Assembly (NCBI RefSeq): GCF_006345805.1
Contig: NC_043004.1
Span: 95,790,001-95,854,000 of the forward strand
DNA length: 64,000 bases
Source of the DNA: Octopus sinensis
Taxonomy: Eukaryota
Direction of reading: 5' to 3'
The notes below the pieces were generated by a model. It was given only the letters and a program-made list of their open reading frames with translations, did no database searches and had not been told where the DNA came from. Shown in pieces: positions 25,455 through 37,100 of the stretch. Made by a program: the position numbers and the translations under genes. The first letter of the stretch is position 1. Each line of letters starts with the position of its first letter.

Positions 25455-25681
25455 TTTCTTTACTAGCCACAAGGGGCTAAATATAGAGGAGACAAACAAG
25501 GATAGACAAATGGGTTAAGTCGATTACATCGACCCCAGTGCGAAACTGGTACCTTATTTATCGACCCCGAAAGGATAAATGGCAAAGTCTACCTCGGCGG
25601 AATTTGAACTCAGAACGTAATGTCAGACGAAATACCGCTAAGCATTTCGCCCGGGGCGCTAACGTTTCTGCCAGCTCGCCT
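25455..25681 (-). mobile_element. SINE family B in a (TA)n tract
   Basis: Colinear with 29799-30030. Confidence 0.9.
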
Positions 25682-25737
<56 letters not shown>

Positions 25738-25920
25738 CATACACACACACACATACATATGTATATGTATATATGTCTATATATATATATGACTTAGATA
25801 AGTTAGATTTGTTTTGACCTAGACTAGTCCAGGCCATGTCTAACTTAATAGCACCAATATATATAATTTTATATATGTATATATATATACGCGAGAAAGA
25901 AGCAACAAGAATGGATAGGT

Positions 25921-26011
25921 TTTTAGTACGATCGTTTCATACAAGGACAGGTTTTATTAAAAGTTGCAAAGATTACAGCATATAAACGAGTCCTGTACTC
26001 ATCAGCTAAAA
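25921..26011 (-). ncRNA. Type I hammerhead ribozyme motif (mirror copy)
   Basis: Reverse complement of 26232-26322. Confidence 0.85.
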
Positions 26012-26231
26012 TACATGTAAGTTCTCTAGACATCCTAGTGTTTGAAATATGGAAATTCATATGGATTAGGTCACCTTCTCTGTGATGCTATCAAAACTTT
26101 TTTAAAATTCTGTGATAAGACTATACATCATCTTTAAGGAACTTTAATGAACTTTAGAAATCTGTTTAATTATCTACATTACTTCATGAGTATAGCCTCA
26201 AACACTAGGATGTCTAGAGAACTTACATGTA

Positions 26232-26322
26232 TTTTAGCTGATGAGTACAGGACTCGTTTATATGCTGTAATCTTTGCAACTTTTAATAAAACCTGTCCTT
26301 GTATGAAACGATCGTACTAAAA
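26232..26322 (+). ncRNA. Type I hammerhead ribozyme motif with long stem-II loop
   Basis: UUUUAG-CUGAUGA-GUACAGGAC..GUCCUUGUAU-GAAAC-GAUC-GUA-CUAAAA. Canonical core, 6-bp stem I, palindromic stem III, cleavage after 26316. Confidence 0.85.
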
Positions 26323-26467
26323 ACCTATCCATTCTTGTTGCTTCTTTCTCGCTTATAATCACCCCACATTACTGTATTGTTAAATCAGTATTGTTTTTTT
26401 TGGTGCATCTAAGTTAGGTACCATATTCAAGTAAATTTTTAAATTAACTTGAATCTTTATTGCTCTT

Positions 26468-26518
<51 letters not shown>

Positions 26519-27198
26519 CATATATATATATATTATATATATATATATATATAATATATATATATATATATACATATATATATCAAAAGAATGTCTTATA
26601 CTATTCCACATGTACAAACCAGCCATACCAACAATCCAAAATACTCCATCATCAGCTGCCACATGGATATCATTATGGTTTTGACACCTGGGTAGCACCA
26701 TTTAATCTACCAGTGTCAACAGCACTAAAATGAGTGTTGTTTGGGAACAAACATACCAAAGAAAACTACAACTTTCAAAACATGTATATATATGGATGCA
26801 TATATGGATGTGTAAAAACTTATATATATATATGTATAACATGTATGTGTATATATAAGTATGCCTCTCTCTCTATATATATACACACACACACATATAC
26901 ATGTGTGACATGTGTGTGTGTTTGTGTAATCCATTGGAGCAATGCCTGATGCTTTTGCTACATTAGAATTCATACAATAGTGTTAACAAGTAAAACTGTA
27001 AAGGGAACAGAAATCTCCAAATGCATTTTCAGTATGAAAGTTCCAAATAGATAAAGGGAATTTATTTCTGTGTATGATACCAGATCTGTAAACAATACAG
27101 CGGTAACATGCCAACCATTGTAATTACTTATTCTCCCCCAATTACTGCTTTCTCCTCAGGATTAAAAGTAGGCAATTACATAAAAAAAAAACTCTTAC

Positions 27199-27401
27199 CA
27201 TCCAATGATAATTAGACTTGCTTAGAAAAGCTGTGGCTGCCACACCACTTAATATATAAGCTTTCGAATGAACAAAACTGCCTGTTCCTGTTGCTTCTTC
27301 AAAACATTTGATAATAGAAATCTGAGTCAAACTGCTCATACAAAAACAAATGTATTCAAGTGTTGTTGTTCTTATTTTAATTGTCAATATAATTCTTATT
27401 C
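27199..27401 (-). CDS. Candidate 203-bp exon (..KCFEEATGTGSFVHSKAYILSGVAATAFLSKSNYHWM)
   Basis: Acceptor AAACTTCCTGTAG, donor ATG|GTAAGA, one open frame (phase 1-0). Confidence 0.35.
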
Positions 27402-28167
27402 CTACAGGAAGTTTCAAATTGTGTTTTAAATTAATTTCTTAGAAACCTCTGTAAAGATTTTTTACATGTAAAAAAGGCTCTGAAAGATTATTTAATTTTA
27501 AAAGTCTATCATTGATTTTGGCCTTCATCCACCATTCAGGATTCCGTGTCTAAACTTGAGCTTGTATATAAATGCCTATATGTGTGTATGTCTGTGTATA
27601 TGTGCACGTGCAGTGTATACAGATATGTATGTGTATAGGGGCTTGTAGTTACTTTATTTAAGTACATCAACATCAAAAAATCAAATGGAAATTGTAGTTG
27701 TGATACCTGTGCCGGTGGCACGTAAAATACACCATTCAAACATGGCCGATGCCAGCACCGCCTTGACTGGCACCCTCACCTCCCCATTCCTTCTATCAAT
27801 TTACCCTGACTGACCACTAGCCAGTACACTCTCTTCATTTCTTTATTATCTCTCTCCCTGCTTTTTTTTTCCTCTCTGCCTGTTTTTGATTTGACCTTAC
27901 AAACACATTCCCAACTTTTAAGTCACTTCAAAAAACTCTCAATCCAATAACACAGTTTATAAACTCTATGTTTGGAATGATCAATTTTAAATACTACTGG
28001 AACTTACACACAAGGCAAAAGAAACTTATATGTATACCATTCTGCTTAAATAATGGAACTGCAGATACAATATCCCTGCATATCTCACATCTGTTTTCAT
28101 TCCTCCACTTCACTCTCTATTTCATATCTTCTCTAGAATAACTATTGCTTAACCATTTCCTCACATT

Positions 28168-28214
28168 GTCTCTGATGAAGGATACATAAAGTATCCTGGA
28201 AACAGTTGTAAGAC
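28168..28214 (+). ncRNA. Type I hammerhead ribozyme motif
   Basis: GUCU-CUGAUGA-AGGAUAC auaaa GUAUCCU-g-GAAAC-AGUU-GUA-AGAC. One extra G before GAAA. Confidence 0.7.
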
Positions 28215-28443
28215 CTTCTCTTTATAAATGTTCTGAAATCTTTCACAGCCTTGGAGTTTTATGTCATTCTGTTAATTTTTTATATGCATGCTAATATATG
28301 ACCTACATTGGACTCCTCATTCGCATAATCACCGAATCTGGAGCTTAACTATATTCTGTCCATAGCACTTATTCAGCATTATATGACACCTTTGGATCTT
28401 CTTGACACCATTACCTCTCATAACCTTAATATATATATATATA

Positions 28444-28625
28444 TGAAGGGAAAGTTTACGAAAATAAACAAAAGATGAAGGCAGGTGGTGTACAAACAAA
28501 CAGATGTATTAATATAGTGCTCAGGAATAGAAAACGTTTTTTTACGTTTCGAACCTATGCTCTTCTACAGAAAGATACACAGAAAAAAACAAGGAGAGAA
28601 AAAAAATGTGTAGTAGCTAACGATC
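28444..28625 (-). mobile_element. PLE terminal fragment carrying a minimal CUGUAGA hammerhead (28539-28574)
   Basis: CUUU-CUGUAGA-A-GAGC auag GUUC-GAAAC-GUA-AAA. Homologous to 62328-62500. Confidence 0.7.
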
Positions 28626-29710
28626 TATACATGTTTTACTATATACGTATTTGTAGTAAAGCAAAAAGGAATGTTTATCTAGTATTTAACAGCACAATCT
28701 AATGTGTGTTTCATTAACCACAAATAGCTAACTGTGATATAAGGAAAATCTTATCTGATTGCCTTCTCAAATCTTCAGAGATTGCATGACTTTCATGGTA
28801 GTCTTTAGAGTATTTGTTGAATAGATGACAGTGTTGTAATAACTACTACAATTTTGGAATTGTCTATTGTAGTTAAGTTGGTGTCAGCTTATTGATATCG
28901 ACCATTATAGCAACATTTTCGTGTGCACTATTTACTAAATGCTTTATGCTTTACTTTGTGTTGAAAACTTTAGAAATCTTGCTAATACTGTTATGGCTAA
29001 TAGTGAAAGGAATACCAGAAAGCACTAATGTTTATCAATACCACAGAATGTTAGGTTGCCAAGTGAAAAACGTCTGGCTGAGAAGTTTGATGGTTGACAA
29101 CATCTGACTAAGAGGTTTAATTGTAGACTTAAAACTACATGTGACCTAAAGAATCACAATGAAGAGAAGTTATTGGAAACTAGACGAATATAGTATAAAT
29201 AATGAAGATCGTAATTATGGGTTGATGAACTGCATTCATCAGTGGCTAAGTATACAGAAGGCACTCAACTGATTAATGATCATGAAACAAGCAAAGATCT
29301 ATAACAGTAGAATGAATATTACAAATAGCTATGAATACACACAGTATTATTTGCAAAGGTTTAAGAACTGGGTTGGTTTTAATCATTTGAAAATTTTTGG
29401 TAATAACACATGTGTTGGTTATAAAGCAACCCCTGAAATTCATGGATGAGTTTGCAAAGATCACAGCTGATAAAACTTTAACAGCAGAATATGCGTAGAA
29501 TGTTAATGAAACATCATTATTGTGGCTTTATTACCTTGGGGAAAGATTCGCTGCATGAAATATTGACTTCAGGAGTTACAAATGTCAAAGACAAATTAAC
29601 TGTGCCTGTGTTTGCTAATACAGCAGAAATCCATAAATATAGACTTGGTGTGGTTGGCAAACACCCACATTCTCACTATTTTAAAGCAAGGCATTATTAT
29701 GGTAACAAAA

Positions 29711-30172
29711 ATGGTGGGTGAGCTGGCAGAATCATTAATGCACTGGGAAAAATGTTTAGTGACATTTCTTCTAAATTTCCATTCTGAGTTTGAATATCTA
29801 TTTCTTTATTGCCCACAAGGGGCTAGACATAGAGGGGACAAACAAGGACAGACAAAGGGATTAAGTCAATTACATCGACCCCAGTGCGTAACTGGTACTT
29901 TATTTATCGACCCCGAAAGGATGAAAGGCAAAGTCGACCTCGGCGGAATTTGAACTCACAACGTAACGACAGACGAAATACGGCTACGCATTTCGCCCGG
30001 CGTGCTAACGTTTCTGCCAGCTCGCCGCCTTTCTGAGTTTGAATATCGATGAAGTTGAGCTTGCCTTTCATCCTTTCAGGATCAATAGAATGAATACCAG
30101 CTGAACACTGGCATCGATGTAATCGACTTACCCCTCCTCCAAACTTGCTGGCCTTGTGCCAAAATTTGATAC
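29711..30172 (+). mobile_element. Older SINE family B copy inserted in the Tigger
   Basis: 19-bp duplication CATTATTATG(G/A)TAACAAAA at 29692-29710 / 30173-30191. Confidence 0.8.
29799..30030 (-). mobile_element. Young SINE family B copy inserted in the older copy
   Basis: Perfect 17-bp duplication TTCTGAGTTTGAATATC (29782-29798 / 30031-30047). Confidence 0.95.
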
Positions 30173-30771
30173 CATTATTATGATAACAAAAGTTATGGAT
30201 CATCAGGGGCATTCTTTCTGATCATCGCTTTCAAAATCATTGCGTACCAGAGTCTCATGCTTATTGCAGGGAAAAAAAAGTGAGTGCTAAGAGCGAAATA
30301 GTCCAACTGAACTTACTATTAAATAGTATATTTCATTCCAAATGTAGTGTTATTAATTCAGTGTTATTAAAGTTAGGCTACTTTACACCATTGAAGACTA
30401 AATATAAAGATATTTTCTTTGCATGGTATTCTTGCAGTAATCAACAAAGATATGAGTGTTAAAGTCTTCCAACAGGTGTACACTAGAAAATATGGTGCCC
30501 CAACATGGTAACGACCCTTCAGCTGGAAGTAATAAAGAAGTAGAACTGTAGTTGTAAATGCATGGGATCAAATCACTTAAAAACACTCTTGTGCATTCTT
30601 GGCTCAACCTCTGAACTGAAAATATGTTCAATGATGATGATGGACAAAGTGACAATTTTGAAGGATTCTACGTTTCAAATGAACTAAAAGCATACAATCA
30701 CAATCAGAATTTGTCAGTAAGCCCGTGTAAGTGGATATCAAAGAAGCTTTTAACATCAATGATGACCTTCA

Positions 30772-31139
30772 TTCAAGCGAAATCGAAATCGAATTAAACC
30801 AGCCAGGACCCCTGGTCTGGTGGTACGTAAAAAGCACCATCCGAATCGTGGCCGAAGCCAGTGCTGCCTCGACTGGCTTCCGTGCAGGTGGCACGTAAAA
30901 TGCACCAATCCAACCGTGGCCGATGCCAGCCTTGCCTGGCACCAGTGCAGGTGGCATTAAGAAGCACCCACTACACTCACGGAGTGGTTGGCGTTAGGAA
31001 GGGCATCCAGCTGTAGAAACATTGCCAGATAAGACTGGAGCCTGGTGCAGCCTTCTGGCTTCCCAGATCCCCGGTCGAACCATCCAACCCATGCTAGCAT
31101 GGAGAACGGACGTTAAACGATGATGATGATGATGATGAT
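30772..31139 (+). mobile_element. Family D element
   Basis: Same body as 58310-58622, with a (GAT)n tail. Confidence 0.85.
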
Positions 31140-31376
31140 TCCATGACCAATGATGAAATAACTGAAATGGTTCTTAATTAGTGTATCAAATGATGATTAT
31201 GCTGTGGAGATGAAGATTGAAAGGTCAGCACAATGAAAAACATATCCTCAGATAAAATGGTGAATTTATGTGATAAATTTGTTGAAGGACTAGAACTGCT
31301 TATGTTCACCTGAGAACAAGCAATCATGACAGTATATAAAATCAAAGAGAGCCTACTTCAACAAAAATTTCATTAA

Positions 31377-31544
31377 GGCGTAGGAGTGGCTGTGTGGTAA
31401 GTAGCTTGCTTACCAACCACATGGTTCTGGGTTCAGTCCCATTGCGCGGCACCTTGGGCAAGTGTCTTCTACTATAGCCTCGGGCCGACCAAAGCCTTAT
31501 GAGTGGATTTGGTAGATGGAAACTGAAAGCCCGTTGTATATATG

Positions 31545-31575
<31 letters not shown>

Positions 31576-31794
31576 ATGTTTGTGTGTCTGTGTTTGTCCT
31601 CCCAACATTGCTTGACAATAGATGCTGGTGTGTTTATGTCCCTGCAACTTAGCGGTTTGGCAAAATAGACCAATATAAGTACTAGGCTAACAAAGAATAA
31701 GTCCTGGGGTTGATTTGCTCGACTAAAGGCAGAGCTCCAGCATGGCCACAGTAAAATGACTGAAACAAGTAAAAGAGTAAAAGAGTAAAAAAGT
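31377..31794 (+). mobile_element. SINE family A
   Basis: Full-length colinear copy. Confidence 0.9.
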
Positions 31795-32003
31795 AATATT
31801 TTAGATATCACTAACTTTCTCTGTTTACACTATGTCTAATCTAACCATCTTTTTGTTGTTATTCACACTTAAGTGTTTATACCTTTGTTCTTTACCTTGA
31901 GTAATCAGGCTGAGACTCATTTTATCTTATCTCTTGTATACTCATCTATTTTTCCTTCACTCCAACATCTGCATAATTTCTTCTTGTGTACATTTCAACA
32001 TAC

Positions 32004-32547
32004 TGACGTTGATGGTAGTAGAATATCTTAAGTTTTGGATCTGAGCACTGGATGGAACCACTCCGTCGGTTACGACGACGAGGGTTCCGGTTGATCCGAT
32101 CAACAGAACAGCCTGCTCGTGAAATTAACGTGTAAGTGGCTGAGCACTCCACAGACACGTGTACCCTTAACGTAGTTTTTGGGGATATTCAGCGTGACAC
32201 AGAGAGTGACAAGGTCGGCCCTTTGAAATACAGGTACAACAGAAACAGGAAGTAAGAGTGAGAGAAAGAGTGGTGAAAGAGTACAGCAGGGATCACCACC
32301 ATCCCTGCCGGAGCCTCGTGGAGCTTTAGGTGTTTTCGCTCAATAAACACTCACAACACCCGGTCTGGGAATCGAAACCATGATCCTACGACCGCGAGCC
32401 TGCTGCCCTAACCACTGGGCCATTGTGCCTCCACTTCTGAGCATTAAAGTAGTTCCTTAACATGTTAACTACAGCAGCCAAAATCCTATCCCAGTATTCC
32501 TTAGACAGTTCAAACTTCACGTTATAATAACACATGCAAATGTATTC
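32004..32547 (-). pseudogene. Candidate coding exon interrupted by a SINE
   Basis: Strong acceptor TTTTTATTTCATACAG. Removing the SINE restores a 148-bp open exon EYICMCYYNVKFELSKEYWDRILAAVVNMLRNYFNAQIQNLRYSTTINV ending at A|GTATGT. Confidence 0.4.
32048..32435 (-). mobile_element. tRNA-derived SINE with long central domain
   Basis: Head GGAGGCACAATGGCCCAGTGGTTAGGGC..GGTTTCGATTCCC. 8-bp duplication TCTGAGCA (32040-32047 / 32436-32443). Confidence 0.85.
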
Positions 32548-32699
32548 CTGTATGAAATAAAAATTGGCAAAGTGAACAACACTGAGAAAAGGATGATACG
32601 CAACAAGTTATTTTAAGAGTAGTCAGAGTTTTATAAAAACCTTTGCATAGAATTTTGAAAACCAGTTTTACAAAGTCATTATAAAACCATATGATTTAA

Positions 32700-34178
32700 T
32701 AATTATTTATGGGAGAAATTGAAAGATGAATGAAGCAGCAAAACTTGCTTCAAATATTTCCAATATTCAAATTGTTTTATTTGAGTATTTTCACTTTTTT
32801 TAATGCAGTCATTAATCAATTATCTTGCAGTTGAATATTTAATCTTTCTTACTTTCAGTAAGATATGTTGCTTTAGTTTCAGTTTGTGATTTATTTATAT
32901 TCAATATTTTTTAGCATATTTGACTTCTTGACATTTTGGTAGTCTTAATATTTTAAACACAATAAGTTGCTTTCTTTAGTTTCAATTGATTAAATTAGTC
33001 TCCAGAATAATATTCGAATGAAAATTTTATTTATCTGTCTTCCACATTAATGTTAATTTTTCTCTTCGATATTGTTTTCTACTTTCATTCTATTTGGTTT
33101 TATTTCAGTGAGCCTAAAGTGTTTATTTCAGTTCAAAATTATTGTCAAATTCCAGTTCATTCTTAAATTTAGTTGCAAATTCTGGCTGTTCTTCAAAAAT
33201 TTCCTGATATAAGCATAAATATTTGAAGTTGCCTCTCTTGAATCATACATGCTATTTCAACTGAGATGTAATTTTTAAATTGTATTGATTCTCCTTCATC
33301 TAATAATTTTCTTTTGGCTTAGTTATTCAAAATTTGTTATTTAAATTGATATGTCATTTGATTCCACTGATTTGATTTAGGTGCATCATTTGATTCTGTT
33401 GATCAAAATATGGACATTTGATATTGCAGATCCATGCATGTCATCTACTGCCATAGATCTATGCATGTATTTTAATGCCATTGATCCACATATTTCATTT
33501 GATTCTGTTGGTCCTTACAAAGCCTTGGATGCTCTTGATCCATGCATATCACTAAATTTCACTAATACAAGCATGGCATATGAATCTACTAATATACGTA
33601 TGCCATGAGATGGCACTGATTGTTTAGAATTATTTCTTACACTTGATGCTACAGCACTCCATCTTGCTTAATACCTCTGGTCCATGAATATCATTTGATG
33701 CTGTTAATTCAGGCATATTATTTGACGTCAAATATCTATGCTTGTAGTTTGCGCTTGACATTCCATATATATTACTCAATACCATTGATGCATGCATATT
33801 ATTTGATTTCACTAATCCATGCAAATCTTTTACTTCTCATGATCCTTGCAAATACTTTGGTGCCTCTGATTGAAGTTTATCATCTGATTCTGCTGATTTA
33901 TGTTTCTCATTAGATTTTGCTGATCTTATTTCACTGGATTTCATAGATTCATTCACAATACTGGATTTCATTGACTCAATTAATGATCTCTGCATTACAC
34001 TGGATTGTCCTATTGCTAATGTTTCATTAAATTCTGTTGAATCACTTGAGTGAACCAGCTCAAATGTTGCATTTGAATTTATCAATTTGGAACTGATGTG
34101 AGATGCATCTCTGGATAATGAATGCCTCTTATTCTCTGATTCTGCAGGCTTGCTGAACTAAGCAGTATAATTTATTTT
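32700..34178 (-). pseudogene. Stop-interrupted, coding-like continuation of the long ORF
   Basis: The same frame stays open for 106 codons (34157-33840) and 68 codons (33836-33633) between isolated stops. Similar S/N/K/E composition and a degenerate SN.MHG repeat. Confidence 0.55.
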
Positions 34179-37100
34179 CTACATTGCTGTTGCTTCTTTA
34201 ATTTCTGAGAAATTAATATTTGGCTCAAATTTTCTTTCTGCTTTTGACATAATATTTGTTCCACAGGAATTCCTCTGGCCAAGATTATTGGCTGTTTGAA
34301 ACAAATTATTCAGTCTCTGTAAAGTCTGTGGCAGTAGTTTGTTCCGTGGAGTAAAGTTGTGGGGAAATTTACTACCTGTCGTTGGTGTGATGTTTAGCTT
34401 CATCTCTGTTTCTGGTTTCAAACTGGATGAAATTGGTTGTTCAAACAAAAGGCCATATTTACGTAAGGGTTTACATACATTGCTGGAATTGGCATCCATT
34501 TTTGGTTTTAAGCAAGCATTTGATTTAGATGCGATCACTTGTTTTTGAGCCTTCTCTACTAAACAGGTCTTTCTGTGTTGATACTGATCCAAAATATTGT
34601 TTACCTTTAACTTATTTTCCCATTTAGAAGTCAATTTTAGATTATTGATTGTCTGTAGTTCACTAACAGTTTTTCTCCTCTGCATATTTTTTGGTGTCAA
34701 TATTTGATTCATTTCTTCCATATTATTTTTTTTAGACATTGTTTGTGTTTTTGTAATCTGTGGGCCAGAAAATGCCTTTCTATGTAATATAGCTTTATTT
34801 TTAACAAAATGTGGAGGTCTCAAAGACACTTTTGGCTCCAGTTTATCTACCAATTCATATGAATGGGCTAAATTAAATGATTGTATATTTTGCCTCCTTT
34901 TCTCAGGGCCATATTTAAATGCTTCTGATTTAAGACCTGCAGAAACTATTGTCTTCCTCAAGTTATTTTCATGAAATTGTTTAGTTGATTTAAATAGATT
35001 CTTTGAGTCTAGTGAATCAAACATCATTACCAATTCTATTACATTATTTTGCGTAGCTAGTTTCTCTTCTCTTTTTGTAACCATTGATTTAAGAATGTTA
35101 TTTTGTTCATATGTTAACAGAGTTCCAGGAGTATTTCTTGGAGAAAATATATCATTTAGTTTAAATACATTATCACTTGCAATCATAAATTTTTGTGGAA
35201 ATCCTTCTCTTGTCTCCACTGAATGGCAAGCATCAAACAGTGAGTAATGGCAAGGGAAACTAATAGTATTGGTCTTTGATTTTGGAATAATGCTCTTACT
35301 TTGATTCCATTTTTTCTTTGAAAGAACTTCATGTTTTGCTAGATTTTTCAGCTGAAGTGGCAATGGATCATGAGAAAATCTACCTGTGAGAATAGTCTTT
35401 AATTTCAATTCTTTCTTTTTACCTGGAATAATTTTATTTACTTGTCCTATATCACGAGGCTTCTGAACTTCATTTGATTTAAAATTATGTTTCAATTCCA
35501 ATTTTCCTTTTGTCTGTGATGCCAATGTTGGCTCACTCATATTATGCCACAGAAGGCTTTGCTTTCTTCCACCTGTAATCTTTGGCTGGGAAGCATTTCT
35601 TCCATATGGTTCAGTTTTCAAATTACAGTTTTCTTTCCACAGAACTTCATGGTTTGGATTAGACAGGTTCTTTATCTTATTTATAGAGTTTTTAATTTTG
35701 GAAGCTATTTCAGGCATAGATAAAGATTCTAGATTTACAGAAACATTATCTTCACCTGCATTTATTGAACAGCATTGGCTGCTCGTCTTCAGTACGCTTG
35801 TCATCTCAGGTGGTTTTTCTGGTTCAGTTAGACTAGTTGAATGATGTAATGTATTTTCTTTATCTTTAAGTTCTGGTTCATACATTTCTTCTGTTGATAC
35901 TGAATCATTCCTAGCCAAAAATGTTCTTACTTTTTCAGAAATAAATGGTGAATTTCTGAAAGTATTTGACTGAAGAAAATTCCTTATTTTTTGCAGTTCA
36001 ATTTGGTCTTCATTTTTTTTCTTTTCCCAAAAGCTCCAGTTTGGTTCTTCTTCTTCTCTCAGATCAATTGCATTCTCTTTTGTACTTACGTAATTTGGTA
36101 CCTCTTCTGATTTCAAGAAATTCTCCTTACTTTGACTAGGAGCTTCTTCAGATATGCATTTTATTCCAAGAGAAACTTCTGTGGCACATTCATTTTTTAT
36201 TCTAAATGTAATATTTGATCGAACTAAGTTTTCTGATTTGATGTCATTTGTTTGTTTTTTAAAATTACTCAGTACTTGAGATGTCTGTTGCTTAGATTTC
36301 AAGTTATTTACATAGTCTTCCTTAACTGAACTTTGAGACTTTTTCGTACTGATTTGTTTTTGAGAATTCCTTCTCTCATCTGCTTGCATTTGTTCCACTG
36401 TATCTGTAGTTTTACCCCCTGTCATTTTTTGGGTTGCATATTTTAATTTACTCCTGTTTCTTTGTATCATCTGAGGTACAATTTCTGCTCTGGTTGGAGA
36501 TGTAAAATTCACTTTCTTCTTACTTTTGAGGCTAACTTTTGATCTAACAGAAGAATTTCGAGTTCTCTTTGTTGACTTCATTGATGTGAAATTGTTTGTG
36601 GATTTCAGGTTAGCAGTCTGTTGTGATATTGATTTGTTGTCTGGTGGACATGGTATCAGTGGAATTAGTAAATATCTGTGGCTGTATTGATCCTCATCAG
36701 GAACCGGTTTCATATGTACAAGCCAAAGTTTACAGTCATATTTATCTTTCGGTTTTAATCTGTCCATTACTTCATCAACATTACACACTTCTATAGCTTC
36801 TAATGTATCAGTAGGAGTATCTTGTTTGTTATTAACTTTCAATGGTAAGGGAAGAGTATTTTCCCCTCTTAGGTCATTGATACCAGTGGCTTCCAAAGCA
36901 TCGGTTGACTTGGCAAGAGTGACGTATGAAGTATTAACATTCTTCAAAGTTTTATCATTTCTTTGAAGAATATCATCACCCCTGACATTTTTGCTGACAC
37001 CTTTGCCTTCCAAAGTTTCTGAAAGGTTTATAGGATGAATATTTTCTATTGCAGTATTATTCAAAGGTTTATCATTTCTGTCAAAAGTATTTTCCATTCT

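Larger units (their letters stand above)
25891..26352. repeat. Perfect inverted repeat (155-bp arms, 152-bp spacer) of a PLE terminal segment
   Basis: 25891-26045 is the exact reverse complement of 26198-26352. Confidence 0.95.
29050..30690 (+). mobile_element. Decayed Tigger/pogo transposase with nested SINEs
   Basis: Fragments KRLAEKF (HTH), NVNETSLLW, KDKLTVPVFANTAEIHKYRLGVVGK..YYGNKN, VNAWDQI and FNDDDGQSDNFEGF. Confidence 0.7.
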
